A DNA stretch of 64,000 nt from Christensenellaceae bacterium (GCA_963665005.2 CAXXTQ010000001.1:1496382-1560381); one strand, 5' to 3'. Counted from the first letter of the stretch, positions 9,596 to 20,421 are shown. A program made the numbers and translations. The notes: generated from the sequence alone by a model not told the origin.

Positions 9596-11311
9596 ATGTT
9601 TAATACGTTTAGGAGGATAAAGCAAGCTGAAAAAGAGGGATTGAACATTCCAAAGAGCGTGCAACAAGCCATTCCCATCACAAAGGTGTATGAGGATGGT
9701 ATTTTTAAAGTGGGCAATAACTTCTCAAAAACCCTACGGTTTACGGATATAAATTATCGTGTTGCCAGTAAAGATGATCAGATGGATATGTTTATGAGAT
9801 TCTGCGATTTAATTAACAGCATTGAGAGCGAAGCAGTAACAAAAATCACCATCAACAACAGGCGATTAAACCGCAAAGATTTTAAGCAGCGGATACTGCT
9901 GCCTGAAAAGGACGATTTCTTAGAAAAATACAGACATGAGTATAATGAGATGCTGATGGATAAGGCGACAAAATCAAGCAACTCTATGGTACAGGAGAAA
10001 TACATTACGGTTTCCTCTGCTAAAAAGAATGTAGTTGAAGCGAGAGCGTTGTTTTCAAGGTTCACTACGGATATTTCATCCTACCTGTCCAAGCTATCCA
10101 GCAGGTCGCAAGAGCTTGATGCTGTTGAAAAACTACGTATATTCCACGATTTCTATAGACTGGGCGAAGAAACCCATTACCACTTTGACTTGAAACAAGC
10201 AATACGTAAAGGGCATGATTTTAGGGATTATATCTGCCCGGACAGTATGGAGTTTAATAAAAACTATCTAAAGATTGGCGATAAGTATTGCAGGACATTT
10301 TATATGCGTGAATTTGCAAGTTTCATTAAGGATACTATGATAACCGAATTTATGGACTTGCTAAAGAATATGATGTTGTCCATTGATATGCTTCCCATTC
10401 CTACAGACGAAGCGGTGCAGATTATTAACAAGCTCATATTGGGGGTAGAAACAGATAAGGCGAGGTTTACTAGAAAGCAGTCTCAAAACGGCAACTTCAC
10501 AGCAGATATACCGTATGACCTTGAACAACGTTCAAAGGAACTCCATGAGTTTATGGATGACCTTACTTCTCGTGATCAAAGAATGTTGCTTGCAACAATA
10601 ACCATCGTTTTAGTTGCAGATAATTTGGAAGAGCTGGACGAGGATACCGAGAGCGTTTTGTCCATTGGCAGAAAGCATATTTGCCAATTTGCTTCTCTCA
10701 CTTTTCAGCAAGAGGAAGGGTTATATACGGTTTTGCCATTCGGTATGCACAAACTACCGTTTAAATGGCGTACTTTGACAACAGAGTCCACGGCTGTATT
10801 GATGCCATTCAATACAATGGACATACAGGATGAAAGTGGTATTTATTACGGTCTTAACGTCATTTCAAAGAACATGATAATAGCGGACAGGCGAAAACTG
10901 CTCAATGCAAATGGTTTTATTTTGGGAGTAAGCGGAAGCGGTAAATCGTTCAAAGCTAAAGAAGAAATGATTGCTTTGATGCTCCGTGGTGATGTAGATA
11001 TTATTTGTATCGACCCTGAGAACGAGTATGCAAACCTCTTTAGAGCCATGAATGGCGAAGTAATTAAAATATCCGCAGGAAGCAATAATCATATCAATGC
11101 CATGGATTTGAGCCGTGAGTATGGCGGAGATGAAAATCCCATCATTTTAAAGAGTGAGTTTATACTTTCGCTTATTGAACAGCTTGTAGGAACAGGTAAG
11201 CTGAACGCAAAGGAAAAGAGCATTATTGACCGTTGTACGGCTAATGTATACAGAGAGTACATAAATAATAATTTTGAAGGCTTACCGCCAACATTAAAAG
11301 ACTTTAGGCAG
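9596..11311 (+). pseudogene. VirB4-like conjugation ATPase, 5' fragment (through Walker A), disrupted by insertion
   Basis: Walker A is ILGVSGSGKSFKAKEE. VirB4-like sequence ends at ...PPTLKDFRQ (codon 11309..11311). The remaining 47 codons of the ORF (to 11452) read into inserted DNA. The missing C-terminal part is at 37486..38103. Confidence 0.85.
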
Positions 11312-11312
11312 G
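11307..11312. repeat. GGCAGG at the left junction of the virB4 insertion (copy 1)
   Basis: The same hexamer abuts the right junction at 37480..37485. Confidence 0.6.
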
Positions 11313-11315
11313 ATA

Positions 11316-11342
11316 TGCCATACTTGTTCGTGAAGAGTTCAG
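11316..11342 (+). repeat. Left terminal inverted repeat of the insertion
   Basis: TGCCATACTTGTTCGTGAAGAGTTCAG matches the reverse complement of 37456..37483 (TGCCATATTGTCAAGTGATGAGTTCGAG). I counted 23 matches over 29 hand-aligned columns. Confidence 0.7.
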
Positions 11343-11607
11343 TTGCCCATAAAATTCACGAACAGGGACACGATCAACTGGACTTTTCTTTAATTAATCG
11401 GAAAGTTTGGGCTAGAGGTGTTATGGAAAATTCTATAATGCTAATAAGCTGAGCTAAGTAGCGAAAGCAATGGAGTATAGGGGAAGACATCCATGCACTC
11501 TCCATACATACACTACCTAAAAGGCGTTTTTGAATTATGGGAGCATTAAAAATTTTAATATAATAAGGAAAATTATTAAAGTTGATGTTGTGCTAATTAA
11601 ATAAAGG

Positions 11608-11672
11608 TTGTATGATACAAAAGTAGAACATGATCTAAGAATACAAAACGAATGTTTTAATATGTATATACA
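11608..11672. promoter_or_regulatory. Two palindromes upstream of the GntR-type regulator gene (candidate operators)
   Basis: TTGTAT-G-ATACAA at 11608..11620 and TGTATATACA at 11663..11672. Both fit the loose GntR-family GT-N-AC palindrome type. Confidence 0.35.
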
Positions 11673-11687
11673 AAAGGAGTTAATAGT

Positions 11688-12764
11688 ATGAGTGAGGGAC
11701 CCAAATATCAGAAACTTGCAGGTATAATTAGAGATAATATTGAGAAAGGACTATATATCGATGGTCATGTACTGGATACTGAAAATGAGCTTGCAAAAAA
11801 ATATGATATGAGTCGGCAGACTGTACGTCAGGCGCTTGGACTTTTAGAATCAGAAGGGATACTAGAGAGAAGAAGGGGCAGTGGTACTTATGTAAAACAA
11901 AAGACAGTATCTCGGGAAAAAACGATGACCGTTGGTCTCATTATGTCATACATGACTGAGTATATATATCCAACAGTTGTGCAGGGCATAGAGGCTGAAC
12001 TCGCGCTAAACGGGTATTCTATGAAGCTGTCTTTTACGGCAAATAACGTGGGAAATGAACGTAATTTATTAAAAAGTTACCTTAAGAACCCCGTTGATGG
12101 GGTGATAGTGGAGACAACAATGCCCAGCTTACCTAATCCAAACTTATCAATTTATCAAGAACTATCTAATATGGGGATACCATATATATTTATTAACGGA
12201 TACTATCCACAACTTCACGGTGCGGCATATGTTATTTTAGATAGCTATACGGCTGGAAAGAAAGCTACTGAATACCTAATAAAAAAAGGACATAAACACA
12301 TAGCTGGTATATTTAAAGCGGATGCAATAAATGGTATGGAGCGTTATCAAGCTTATTTAGAGAGTTTACTGGAACATAAGTTGACTGTCCGTAATGAACG
12401 CATATTTTGGTACAGGAAGGACAATCAGGATTATATTTTTGAGGGTACTTATAAATCTAAGTTTTTGGAAGCAATAGAGGACTGCAGCGCAATTGTTTGC
12501 TATAACGATGAAATTGCCGTCAGCATTGTTGAACTTCTAAAAAAAGCAGGTAGAAAGGTTCCGGAGGATATTTCAATTATAAGCTTTGACAACAGTGCAT
12601 ACAGCGATGTCTGTAGTGTAAAGTTAACTTCATTAAACCATCCGAAAGAAGAACTTGGCAGGGTAGCCGCAAGACAGTTATTAAATATGATTAATGGTAG
12701 GCATGGAGAGCAAATTAAAATGCCCATGGAGATAATTGAAAAGGAAAGCATTATTAAAATCTAG
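11688..12764 (+). CDS. GntR-HTH / LacI-type sugar-binding hybrid regulator (AraR-like architecture)
   Basis: The N-terminus is a GntR winged helix (ELAKKYDMSRQTVRQALGLLESEGILERRRGSGTYV). It is followed by a periplasmic-binding-protein-like domain of about 280 aa (VDGVIV..., AIVCYNDEIA). Confidence 0.8.
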   Translation: MSEGPKYQKLAGIIRDNIEKGLYIDGHVLDTENELAKKYDMSRQTVRQALGLLESEGILERRRGSGTYVKQKTVSREKTMTVGLIMSYMTEYIYPTVVQGIEAELALNGYSMKLSFTANNVGNERNLLKSYLKNPVDGVIVETTMPSLPNPNLSIYQELSNMGIPYIFINGYYPQLHGAAYVILDSYTAGKKATEYLIKKGHKHIAGIFKADAINGMERYQAYLESLLEHKLTVRNERIFWYRKDNQDYIFEGTYKSKFLEAIEDCSAIVCYNDEIAVSIVELLKKAGRKVPEDISIISFDNSAYSDVCSVKLTSLNHPKEELGRVAARQLLNMINGRHGEQIKMPMEIIEKESIIKI

Positions 12765-12786
12765 TGGAATAGAAGCTTTATTTAGA

Positions 12787-12800
12787 ATGTGTACGCACAT
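12787..12800. promoter_or_regulatory. Palindrome ATGTGTACGCACAT (candidate operator)
   Basis: Inverted arms ATGTG/CACAT around TACG, about 70 nt upstream of the promoter of the catabolic genes. Confidence 0.3.
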
Positions 12801-12868
12801 ATAAACAAATATATATTAGAAATAAAGACAAATCAAAAACAAATATATAAAAATCGGACAAAAAAGTA

Positions 12869-12896
12869 TTGACAAATCCTTTAATTTAATTATACT
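12869..12896 (+). promoter_or_regulatory. Sigma-A-type promoter for the catabolic operon
   Basis: TTGACA (12869..12874), a 16-nt spacer, then TATACT (12891..12896). It lies about 65 nt upstream of the DapA-family gene. Confidence 0.55.
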
Positions 12897-12959
12897 ATAC
12901 ATATAAATTAAGTACCTTTACTGAAAACATGTTTTCGAAATTTTCAACTAAGAAAGGAT

Positions 12960-13871
12960 ATGAAAATACTTATGAAGAAACCCGAAGGAATTTTCCCGCC
13001 AATGTTTACGGTGTGGGATAAAAATGAGGCTTATGATCTAAAAGGTCAGGAGCGTTACATGAGGTGGCTTATCGACAATGGCGCTCAGTCGCTTGTTGCA
13101 TGCGGAAGCACTGGAGAAAATATGGCCATGAGGACGGCCGACCAGCAGCAGGTTATCGAACATGCGGTTAAGGCAGTAGCCGGCGAAGTTCCGATTTATG
13201 CCGGCACAGGCAAATACTCCACTATTGAAACACTTGAATTGAGCCAGTTTTCCAAGAAAGCTGGCGTAGATGGGCTCATGGTATTGCTTCCCTTCTACTT
13301 CAAACCATATAAGGAAGCGGCCATGAATCATCTGCGCACGATCTATAAAGAAACAAGTCTGCCGATCATTCTGTACAATAACCCGTGGTTTGCCGGTTAT
13401 GAACTGACCGCCCATGAGACTTCCGTTCTTGCCAAAGAAGGCGTACTGATCGGCGTTAAGGCTGCGCATGGTGACGCGAACCGCGTATCAGATATGCGCT
13501 ACTTTTGCGGTGAAGATTTCATCATATTCTATGGACACGACTATGCGGCGCTTCAGGGAATTGCATCGGGTGCAAACGGCTGGTTATCCGGTTTTCCGTC
13601 CACGTTCCCGAAACAGTGCAGAGAGCTGCAGGATGCGATACTTGTTGACAAAGACCTCGTAAAAGCACAGAAGATTTGGAATAAATTCATACCATTTGTG
13701 GACACGTTCATGGCCCCCGAAGTCAACGCAAAAGTCCACTGGCTTGAAATGCTGAAATGGTGCGTCTGTGAACAGGGCTGCGACGTAGGTGTTCCGAGAA
13801 GGCCGCTGAAAGAGCTTGATAATAACTATAAGAAACTTCTGAAAAAACCGCTTGAAATTTTGCTGGGTTAA
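12960..13871 (+). CDS. Dihydrodipicolinate synthase/N-acetylneuraminate lyase family (class I aldolase/dehydratase)
   Basis: GSTGENMAM, IYAGTG, ILYNNP and GVKAA (Schiff-base Lys context). The start may be ATG 12972 instead. Confidence 0.8.
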   Translation: MKILMKKPEGIFPPMFTVWDKNEAYDLKGQERYMRWLIDNGAQSLVACGSTGENMAMRTADQQQVIEHAVKAVAGEVPIYAGTGKYSTIETLELSQFSKKAGVDGLMVLLPFYFKPYKEAAMNHLRTIYKETSLPIILYNNPWFAGYELTAHETSVLAKEGVLIGVKAAHGDANRVSDMRYFCGEDFIIFYGHDYAALQGIASGANGWLSGFPSTFPKQCRELQDAILVDKDLVKAQKIWNKFIPFVDTFMAPEVNAKVHWLEMLKWCVCEQGCDVGVPRRPLKELDNNYKKLLKKPLEILLG

Positions 13872-14113
13872 GCACCTGTAAACTAGAAGGTGAAGGTGCA
13901 GCGGCTACAAAAAAATCATTAGTTTGGATTCAATGAAATGATCTGACAGCTTGAAAAGGACAATCGACGCTGCACTTTACCCTTCCCTTAAGGTAACGTA
14001 AACGAAAAAAGAATAATTTTTATTAAAAGAAAAATGAAATAGGAGTAAGTGCATTAATTGTATTTGTAAAGAAAGGGTAGATATACTGCTTCGTCTTAAA
14101 GAAGGAAAGATAC

Positions 14114-15315
14114 ATGAAAGATATTAAATCTATAACAAATGCATCGGGGAAATATGATATCATCGTGATAGGTGGGGGAATCGCTGGAGTAAGCGCGGCA
14201 GTATCAGCAAAACGACAGGGAATGAAAGTTCTGAGCGTTGAAAAGAGCATCATGTTAGGTGGACTTGCTACACTTGGCAATATTGCTTTCTACCTGCCTC
14301 TTTGTGATGGAAGAGGGAATCAAGTGGTGGGAGGACTCGCCGAAGAATTACTGTATGAATCAATTAGGTATGGCTATGGGAATTTAGATGATCACTGGAA
14401 TAAAAAAACAGAGAAACGTGCTGAGAAATGGAACGCCAGATATAAAACAATATTTTCACCACCAGAGTTTGTTATTGCACTTGATGAGTTGATAGTGCGG
14501 GAAGGCATTGATTTATTATTTGATACGGTATTCAGCGAACCTGTTATGGATGGAGGGCTTTGTAGAGGTATTTTTGTAGAAACAAAGCTAGGTCGAAAAT
14601 ATTATGAGGCATCAGCATTCGTTGACGCGACAGGTGATGGAGATTTATTTAGAAGAGCCGGTGCTGATTTTGAGTTTGAAAAAAATTGGCCTGTTTGTTG
14701 GGGCTATTCAGTAAGTATAGACAGTATTAAGAATGCGATAGAAAAGCGAGATGTAAAATACGCTGTAAAACTTGAAACACGAGCCGAATTGCATAGCGGT
14801 ATAAATCCGAAAGATTGGGTTTATACTTTGAAGGATATAACTAAATTCATACTTGATGGTAGACAGATACTTAAAAAAGATATCCTATCAGATAAAAAGC
14901 AAAAAACACTGGTCAATCTTCCGGGCATGCCACAATTTCGGACAACTTACCGGTTAATAGGTGCATACGATCTTGCTGATGCCGATGTAAATAAGAAATT
15001 TGATGATTCAATAGGGGTAATAAGTGATTGGCGGCCATCGGGTAATTACTGCGAGATCCCCTATCCTTCTTTGATATCACCTAAATTAGATAATATTTTA
15101 GTGGCAGGGAGATGTATTGCTGCTAAAGGAGAAGCAAGTGAAATAACACGACCGATCCCAGGAGTCGCGTAGATGGGCGAAGCCGTAGGGATTCAGCTGC
15201 AGAGATTATCAAACAAAAGAAGACAGTTCAAGAGTTGAATGTGTTGGACGTGCAACGGAAAATCGAAAAAGCAGGTGGCAGAATACATATTGAACAAAAT
15301 ACGTTTTGCTATTGA
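14114..15315 (+). pseudogene. FAD-dependent oxidoreductase, disrupted near the 3' end
   Basis: GxGxxG motif (DIIVIGGGIAGVSAAV). There is an in-frame TAG at 15170..15172 inside the conserved ...IPGVA*MGEAVG... segment. The expected C-terminus (AAEIIKQKKTVQELNVLDVQRKIEKAGGRIHIE) continues in the -1 frame from about 15190 to the stop at 15313..15315. Confidence 0.65.
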
Positions 15316-15506
15316 TTTCATTTTAATAAACGTTTCTTTGGGTCCGGAACCAAAGGATCAGTATTAATGAAGAAAGGAGTCGCTGCAAAATAATAGTGGA
15401 GTTTTTTATTTTCAAAATAAAACGGAAAATTGAAAAGGTAATCTGCGCCTTAACAGCCAATCGGCAGTTGTGTAAGCAGATAATCAAAAATAAAAGGAGA
15501 GAAAAT

Positions 15507-16628
15507 ATGAAGAAATTGTTGTGCATAGTACTTGCGATGATTATGGTGTGTGGTTTGGCAGCATGCTCAACATCGGGTGAAACAGTGACAGAAACGGCAG
15601 GAACCGAAGCAACGACAGAAGCTTCGCCGGAGACGACGGAAGCGGTTTCTGCTGAGACGACAAGCGAAGAATATACGGGTGAAGAGATTACTTTGACGTT
15701 TACAACTACTGCCATAGAAACCGATATTATCGGGCAAGGTCTTTTGCTTTATAAAGATTTTATTGAAGACGCAACCAACGGAAAGGTGACATTAGAAATA
15801 TATTTCAATTCTTCACTTGTTTCCAGCGCTGATGAGAGAGAGTATGTGATGAAGGGAAATGTTGATATGAATTTTGGCTATCCTGACTCATGGGGGGACT
15901 ATATCCCAGCTTTTGATACCTTTACAGTCCCTTTCTTATTCAAGAATAGTGATCATTATCTTGCATTTTATAATGGTGATTTGTTTCAGCAATTTTATGA
16001 CAGCGCTAACGTAGAAGATATTATGGGAGTGCATATGTTAACTAGTTCTTCTTTTTATAGAGGAGGACGAACCATAAATCTAACAATGGATAAAAAAGTT
16101 ACTAGTAGGGCTGACCTTGAGGGGATAAAGGTAAGGTTTCCAACAAGTGATGTGTGGTCATTTATTGGTGAATCAATGGGCGCAAATTCTGTTCCTTTAG
16201 CATGGAGTGAGGTTTATCTTGCTCTTCAGACCGGAACTCTTGAAGGACAGGATAATGGACTTTCATTAATAAGAAGTCAAAGTATATATGAAGTGACGAA
16301 AAGTGTAACATTAACAAATCATATGATATCAACGGGTTGCTTTGAAATAAATGACGAAAAGTGGGAGAGTTTATCTCCAGAGCTACAGGAAATACTAACG
16401 GAAGGGGCACAAGAAGCGGCTAATTATATTACTGAACAGCATTTGGCAACCGAAGCTGAAGACATCGCATTCTTAGAAGAAAATGATGTAAACGTATACC
16501 AATTGACCGATGAGGAATTCGCCAGCTATAGTCAGGAAGTGCTGGACTATTATTTTGCAAATGGTGGAGTTGAGGTTGAAAATATCGACATGGACTTATA
16601 TCAACAGATTAGTGATATGTCATATTAA
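15507..16628 (+). CDS. dctP: TRAP transporter substrate-binding lipoprotein (DctP family)
   Basis: Start at ATG 15507 behind AAAGGAGAG. Lipobox LAAC. A T/E-rich linker is followed by a DctP-like domain. DctQ and DctM genes follow. Confidence 0.8.
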   Translation: MKKLLCIVLAMIMVCGLAACSTSGETVTETAGTEATTEASPETTEAVSAETTSEEYTGEEITLTFTTTAIETDIIGQGLLLYKDFIEDATNGKVTLEIYFNSSLVSSADEREYVMKGNVDMNFGYPDSWGDYIPAFDTFTVPFLFKNSDHYLAFYNGDLFQQFYDSANVEDIMGVHMLTSSSFYRGGRTINLTMDKKVTSRADLEGIKVRFPTSDVWSFIGESMGANSVPLAWSEVYLALQTGTLEGQDNGLSLIRSQSIYEVTKSVTLTNHMISTGCFEINDEKWESLSPELQEILTEGAQEAANYITEQHLATEAEDIAFLEENDVNVYQLTDEEFASYSQEVLDYYFANGGVEVENIDMDLYQQISDMSY

Positions 16629-16633
16629 TGAGG

Positions 16634-16666
16634 TTTATGGGCGGATACAACGTATCCGCCCATAAA
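16634..16666 (+). terminator. Perfect 15-bp stem / 3-nt loop between dctP and dctQ (intercistronic attenuator or stabiliser)
   Basis: TTTATGGGCGGATAC-aac-GTATCCGCCCATAAA. There is no downstream T-tract, so it is not a classical strong terminator. Confidence 0.5.
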
Positions 16667-16709
16667 TTGTGGATGTTGAATACTGGATTGGTTATTATGG
16701 AGAGTAAAT

Positions 16710-17216
16710 ATGAGAGGATTATTAAAAAAAGTTTACAATAAAACAGCTGATTTTTTTGAGTTATATATACCCGGAGTATTTTTTATTATCATGTTTATTT
16801 TTTATATTGTTATGATTGCATATAGATATATATTTTATAAACAAATTAGTTCTATATTTGAGCTCAGTGTGATACTTTTTCTTTGGATTTGTGTACTATC
16901 TGCTTCTTACGGCGGACGTTCGAAAAAACATATAATGTTCGCAATATTGTATGACAAAGTATCCGAAAAAATTAAGCTGATATTCAGGCTTATTGGAAAT
17001 CTGGTTATTATAATAACTTTTATAATATTAATTCCATTTACATATGAATCAAATTGCTTTTATGCAATAAAAAAATCATCTATGCTAAAGATACCGTTTA
17101 ATGTTATTTATTTTCCTTTTATATTATTTTTAATTAGCACATTGATTCATTATTTTATTCTATTTATTAAAGATATCAAATTAATCAAGAACTTGTGGAA
17201 GGGACAACAGAAATAA
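16710..17216 (+). CDS. dctQ: TRAP transporter small permease (DctQ family)
   Basis: 168 aa with four hydrophobic segments, lying between the DctP and DctM genes. Confidence 0.8.
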   Translation: MRGLLKKVYNKTADFFELYIPGVFFIIMFIFYIVMIAYRYIFYKQISSIFELSVILFLWICVLSASYGGRSKKHIMFAILYDKVSEKIKLIFRLIGNLVIIITFIILIPFTYESNCFYAIKKSSMLKIPFNVIYFPFILFLISTLIHYFILFIKDIKLIKNLWKGQQK

Positions 17217-17217
17217 A

Positions 17218-18504
17218 ATGAATACGTTTTTAATTTTTTTGCCTCTTATAATTTTGGCAATAAGCCTTATAATACGTATGCCAATAGGGATTAGTATGAT
17301 ATGCGGTGGTGTAATTTATTTTTTGGCAACGGGGCAAGATATGGGGTTGATTTTAGACACTACAATGAGTTCATTATTCTCTAATAGTGTGCTCGTGGCC
17401 ATACCATTATTTATTTTTACTGCAAACATCATGAATTCAGGAAAAGTTACTGAGTATATGTTTACTTTTGTTAAGTCATTAGTTGGAAAGAAAAAAGGGG
17501 CGATGGCTTATATAAATATTATTATTTCTTTGATTTTTTCTGGGATGTCTGGAGCCGCACTAGCTGATGTATCAGGTATCGGGATATTAGAGATAGAGGA
17601 AATGAAAAAAGACGGGTATGATATGCCTTTTTCTTGTGCACTGACTGCTACCACTTCCGTTGTTGGTCCAATTTTCCCACCAAGTATCCCATTAGTTGTA
17701 TATGGTATGATTGCCGGTGTATCCGTTGGAAAATTATTTTTAGGTGGAATGGTTCCTGCGATCATGATCGGTTTAATACTTTGTATATATGTGCGGTATA
17801 TATCTAAAAAAAGGAATTATCCAACGGGATACAGGTTCACATTTAAGCAATTTATAAAATATACATTAAAGGCATTGCCTGCGCTTATTACTCCAGTTAT
17901 CTTACTCGGCGGTATTTACAGCGGTATCGTAACTCCGACTGAGGCAGGAGCACTGGCTGCATTATATACAATAATTATTTCTGTATTTGCATACAGAATC
18001 CTCCGCTTCAAAGATTTTATAAAGGCTGTAAAGGATACTGTTATTCAGACGGGGGTCATTGCAGCGATTGTTATCGGAGCATATGTAATGCAACATGAAG
18101 TAACAACATCAGGACTATCAAACATAATTGGGAGTTGGTTTTATAGTATAACCGATAATAAATATATTTTCTTATTTTTTATCAATATAATATTTTTAAT
18201 ATTTGGTATGTTTTTTGATGTTGGAGTTACTTCTTTAGTTTTTGTACCGCTTGTTATTCCGATAGCAACACAATTGGGAATTGACTTGGTTCATTTAGGT
18301 GTTGTTATTGTTGTAAATATGATGTTAGGTGGGTGTACTCCACCATACGGTATTCTTTGCTATGTTACCAGCGGTATGACGGAGACACCGCTTCAGAAAG
18401 TGTTTAAAGAAGCTATACCAATGATTTTGTTAATGTTTATAGTATTATTGCTGATAACATACATCCCAGAATTGGTAACAGGGATTGCAAGTTTGATATC
18501 TTAA
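17218..18504 (+). CDS. dctM: TRAP transporter large permease (DctM family)
   Basis: 428-aa polytopic protein starting 2 nt after the dctQ stop. Confidence 0.85.
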   Translation: MNTFLIFLPLIILAISLIIRMPIGISMICGGVIYFLATGQDMGLILDTTMSSLFSNSVLVAIPLFIFTANIMNSGKVTEYMFTFVKSLVGKKKGAMAYINIIISLIFSGMSGAALADVSGIGILEIEEMKKDGYDMPFSCALTATTSVVGPIFPPSIPLVVYGMIAGVSVGKLFLGGMVPAIMIGLILCIYVRYISKKRNYPTGYRFTFKQFIKYTLKALPALITPVILLGGIYSGIVTPTEAGALAALYTIIISVFAYRILRFKDFIKAVKDTVIQTGVIAAIVIGAYVMQHEVTTSGLSNIIGSWFYSITDNKYIFLFFINIIFLIFGMFFDVGVTSLVFVPLVIPIATQLGIDLVHLGVVIVVNMMLGGCTPPYGILCYVTSGMTETPLQKVFKEAIPMILLMFIVLLLITYIPELVTGIASLIS

Positions 18505-18531
18505 ACAAAAAGATAATTAGCAAAGAGAGGA

Positions 18532-19329
18532 ATGATTATGATAATTAAATCATTGACAGATAATATAGCATTATCTGATGATTTTGTTTCGGAACATGGA
18601 TTAAGTCTATATATTGAAACAAATAGGCAAAAAATACTATTTGATGTTGGTAAAAGTGATATATTCATTGAAAATGTTAAAAAACTTGGCATAGATATTG
18701 AAGATATAGATATTGTTGTTATATCGCATGGCCATGATGACCATGGAGGTGGAATTAAATATTTTCTAAAAAGGAATAAAAAAGCGCTTATATATATTAA
18801 ACAAAGCGCATTTGAGCTGCTATACGATGTAAACGGTTTAGTTGGTAATGAAGAAGTATATAAGCAAAAAGAGCGGTTTGTTTTTACCAATGATCGTTTT
18901 ATTATTAAAGAAGGTATTGAAACATTTTCAGAAGTTTCCAGCAAGCATCTGCTATCGGAAAATAAAGTGATTATTACTTTAAAAGATGGAAGATCATTTG
19001 AAGATAAATTTGAACATGAGCAAAATCTCGTGATATTTGAAAATGGTTTTAAGTTTTTATTTACAGGTTGTGCTCATAATGGAATTTTAAATATCATAGA
19101 TAAAACAATTCAGCTTTATGGTGGCTCAATAGATTATATAATCGGTGGTTTCCATTTATTAAATGAATCATCATGTTTAATAGATCAAATAGGTAATAGG
19201 TTAAAGGAGGAAAATACACAATGCGCAACTTGCCATTGTACGGGTATTGATGCATATAAACAGCTAAAGAATATAATGGAGGATCAGATTGAGTATTTAT
19301 ATGCAGGGAAAATTATTAAACTGGCATAA
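18532..19329 (+). CDS. MBL-fold metallo-hydrolase
   Basis: HGHDDHGGG (HxHxDH) motif at about residue 66. Confidence 0.7.
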   Translation: MIMIIKSLTDNIALSDDFVSEHGLSLYIETNRQKILFDVGKSDIFIENVKKLGIDIEDIDIVVISHGHDDHGGGIKYFLKRNKKALIYIKQSAFELLYDVNGLVGNEEVYKQKERFVFTNDRFIIKEGIETFSEVSSKHLLSENKVIITLKDGRSFEDKFEHEQNLVIFENGFKFLFTGCAHNGILNIIDKTIQLYGGSIDYIIGGFHLLNESSCLIDQIGNRLKEENTQCATCHCTGIDAYKQLKNIMEDQIEYLYAGKIIKLA

Positions 19330-19351
19330 TGAAAAAGACAGGAGTTAGATA

Positions 19352-20377
19352 ATGAGAGCAGCATTTATAGATAAGCCTATGTCTATTTTATATACTGACG
19401 TAGAAGAGCCGCAGATAAAAAAGAAGGATGAAGTAAAGATTCAAGTCAAAGTGACAGGCATATGCGGATCTGAAGTCCACGCATATCATGGGACTCACGC
19501 CTATCGGATACCGCCAATTGTGTCAGGGCATGAATGTGCGGGAGAAGTGGTTGAAGTGGGTGCAAAGATTACAAAATATAAAATCGGCGATCGCGTTACA
19601 GTAGCACCTCAGTATGGGTGTGGCAATTGTTATTACTGTAAAAATGGGCAATACAATGTTTGTAAGAACAAGATTGTACTTGGGTCAAACAAATGGAGTG
19701 GATCCTTCGGGGAATATATTGTGGCGCCTGAAGAAACTGTTATATCGATTCCAGACAATATGACATATGAACAGGCGGCATTAATTGAACCGCTTGCGGT
19801 AGGTATGCATCTGGTGAGACTTAGCCAATTGAAGGTTGGGCAGACTGCGGCGATTATTGGTGTTGGCACAATTGGTCTTGGGATACTGGAATGCGCTAGA
19901 CTGGCTGGCGCAAGAAATATTATTGTATCTGACATGGTTAAATTCAATCTGGAAAAAGCAAGGGACTTGGGCGCAGATCATTGTATTAATTCTGCAACTG
20001 AAGATGCCGTTGCAAAATATAGGGAGTATTCAGCGGGTACAGGAATTGATGTCGTTTTTTTGGCAGTTGATGCAAACGTAGCTTTCCAGGCTGCTTTAGA
20101 TATCGTAGCTCCTCACGGAACGATCGCGGCCGTCATAACACCGCGAAATGCACAAGGTTGCGATACGATTGAGATAACCAATAAGGAACTTCATATCGTC
20201 GGTTCATACATGTATGTGTGTGAAGAATTCGAAATCGTTCGGGATATGATATCGGGCGGAAAAATTGACGTTGCCCCGTTTATCAGTAAGGTCTTCTCTA
20301 TAGAAGATGCTGCAAAGGCGATGGAACTTGCGGATAAAAAAACAGGTGGAGTAATTAAAGTATTAATGAGGTTTTGA
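19352..20377 (+). CDS. Zinc-dependent alcohol/polyol dehydrogenase (MDR family)
   Basis: GICGSEVH, GHECAGEV, a structural-Zn cysteine cluster (CGNCYYCKNGQYNVC) and the Rossmann motif GVGTIGLG. Confidence 0.85.
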   Translation: MRAAFIDKPMSILYTDVEEPQIKKKDEVKIQVKVTGICGSEVHAYHGTHAYRIPPIVSGHECAGEVVEVGAKITKYKIGDRVTVAPQYGCGNCYYCKNGQYNVCKNKIVLGSNKWSGSFGEYIVAPEETVISIPDNMTYEQAALIEPLAVGMHLVRLSQLKVGQTAAIIGVGTIGLGILECARLAGARNIIVSDMVKFNLEKARDLGADHCINSATEDAVAKYREYSAGTGIDVVFLAVDANVAFQAALDIVAPHGTIAAVITPRNAQGCDTIEITNKELHIVGSYMYVCEEFEIVRDMISGGKIDVAPFISKVFSIEDAAKAMELADKKTGGVIKVLMRF

Positions 20378-20421
20378 ACAACGGAGAAATTTACATAATC
20401 TAAGACTTAGGGGTGATATAG

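Noticed and set aside
11312-11452. The last 47 codons of the 618-aa VirB4 ORF (DMPYLFVKSS...IMLIS)
   Set aside because: This is read-through into inserted DNA. VirB4 homology stops at DFRQ and resumes at 37486.
15170-15172. In-frame TAG as pyrrolysine or other recoding
   Set aside because: No pyl genes are in the window. TAG is used as a normal stop by neighbouring genes (12764, 25567). A frameshift follows within 20 nt, so disruption is the simpler reading.
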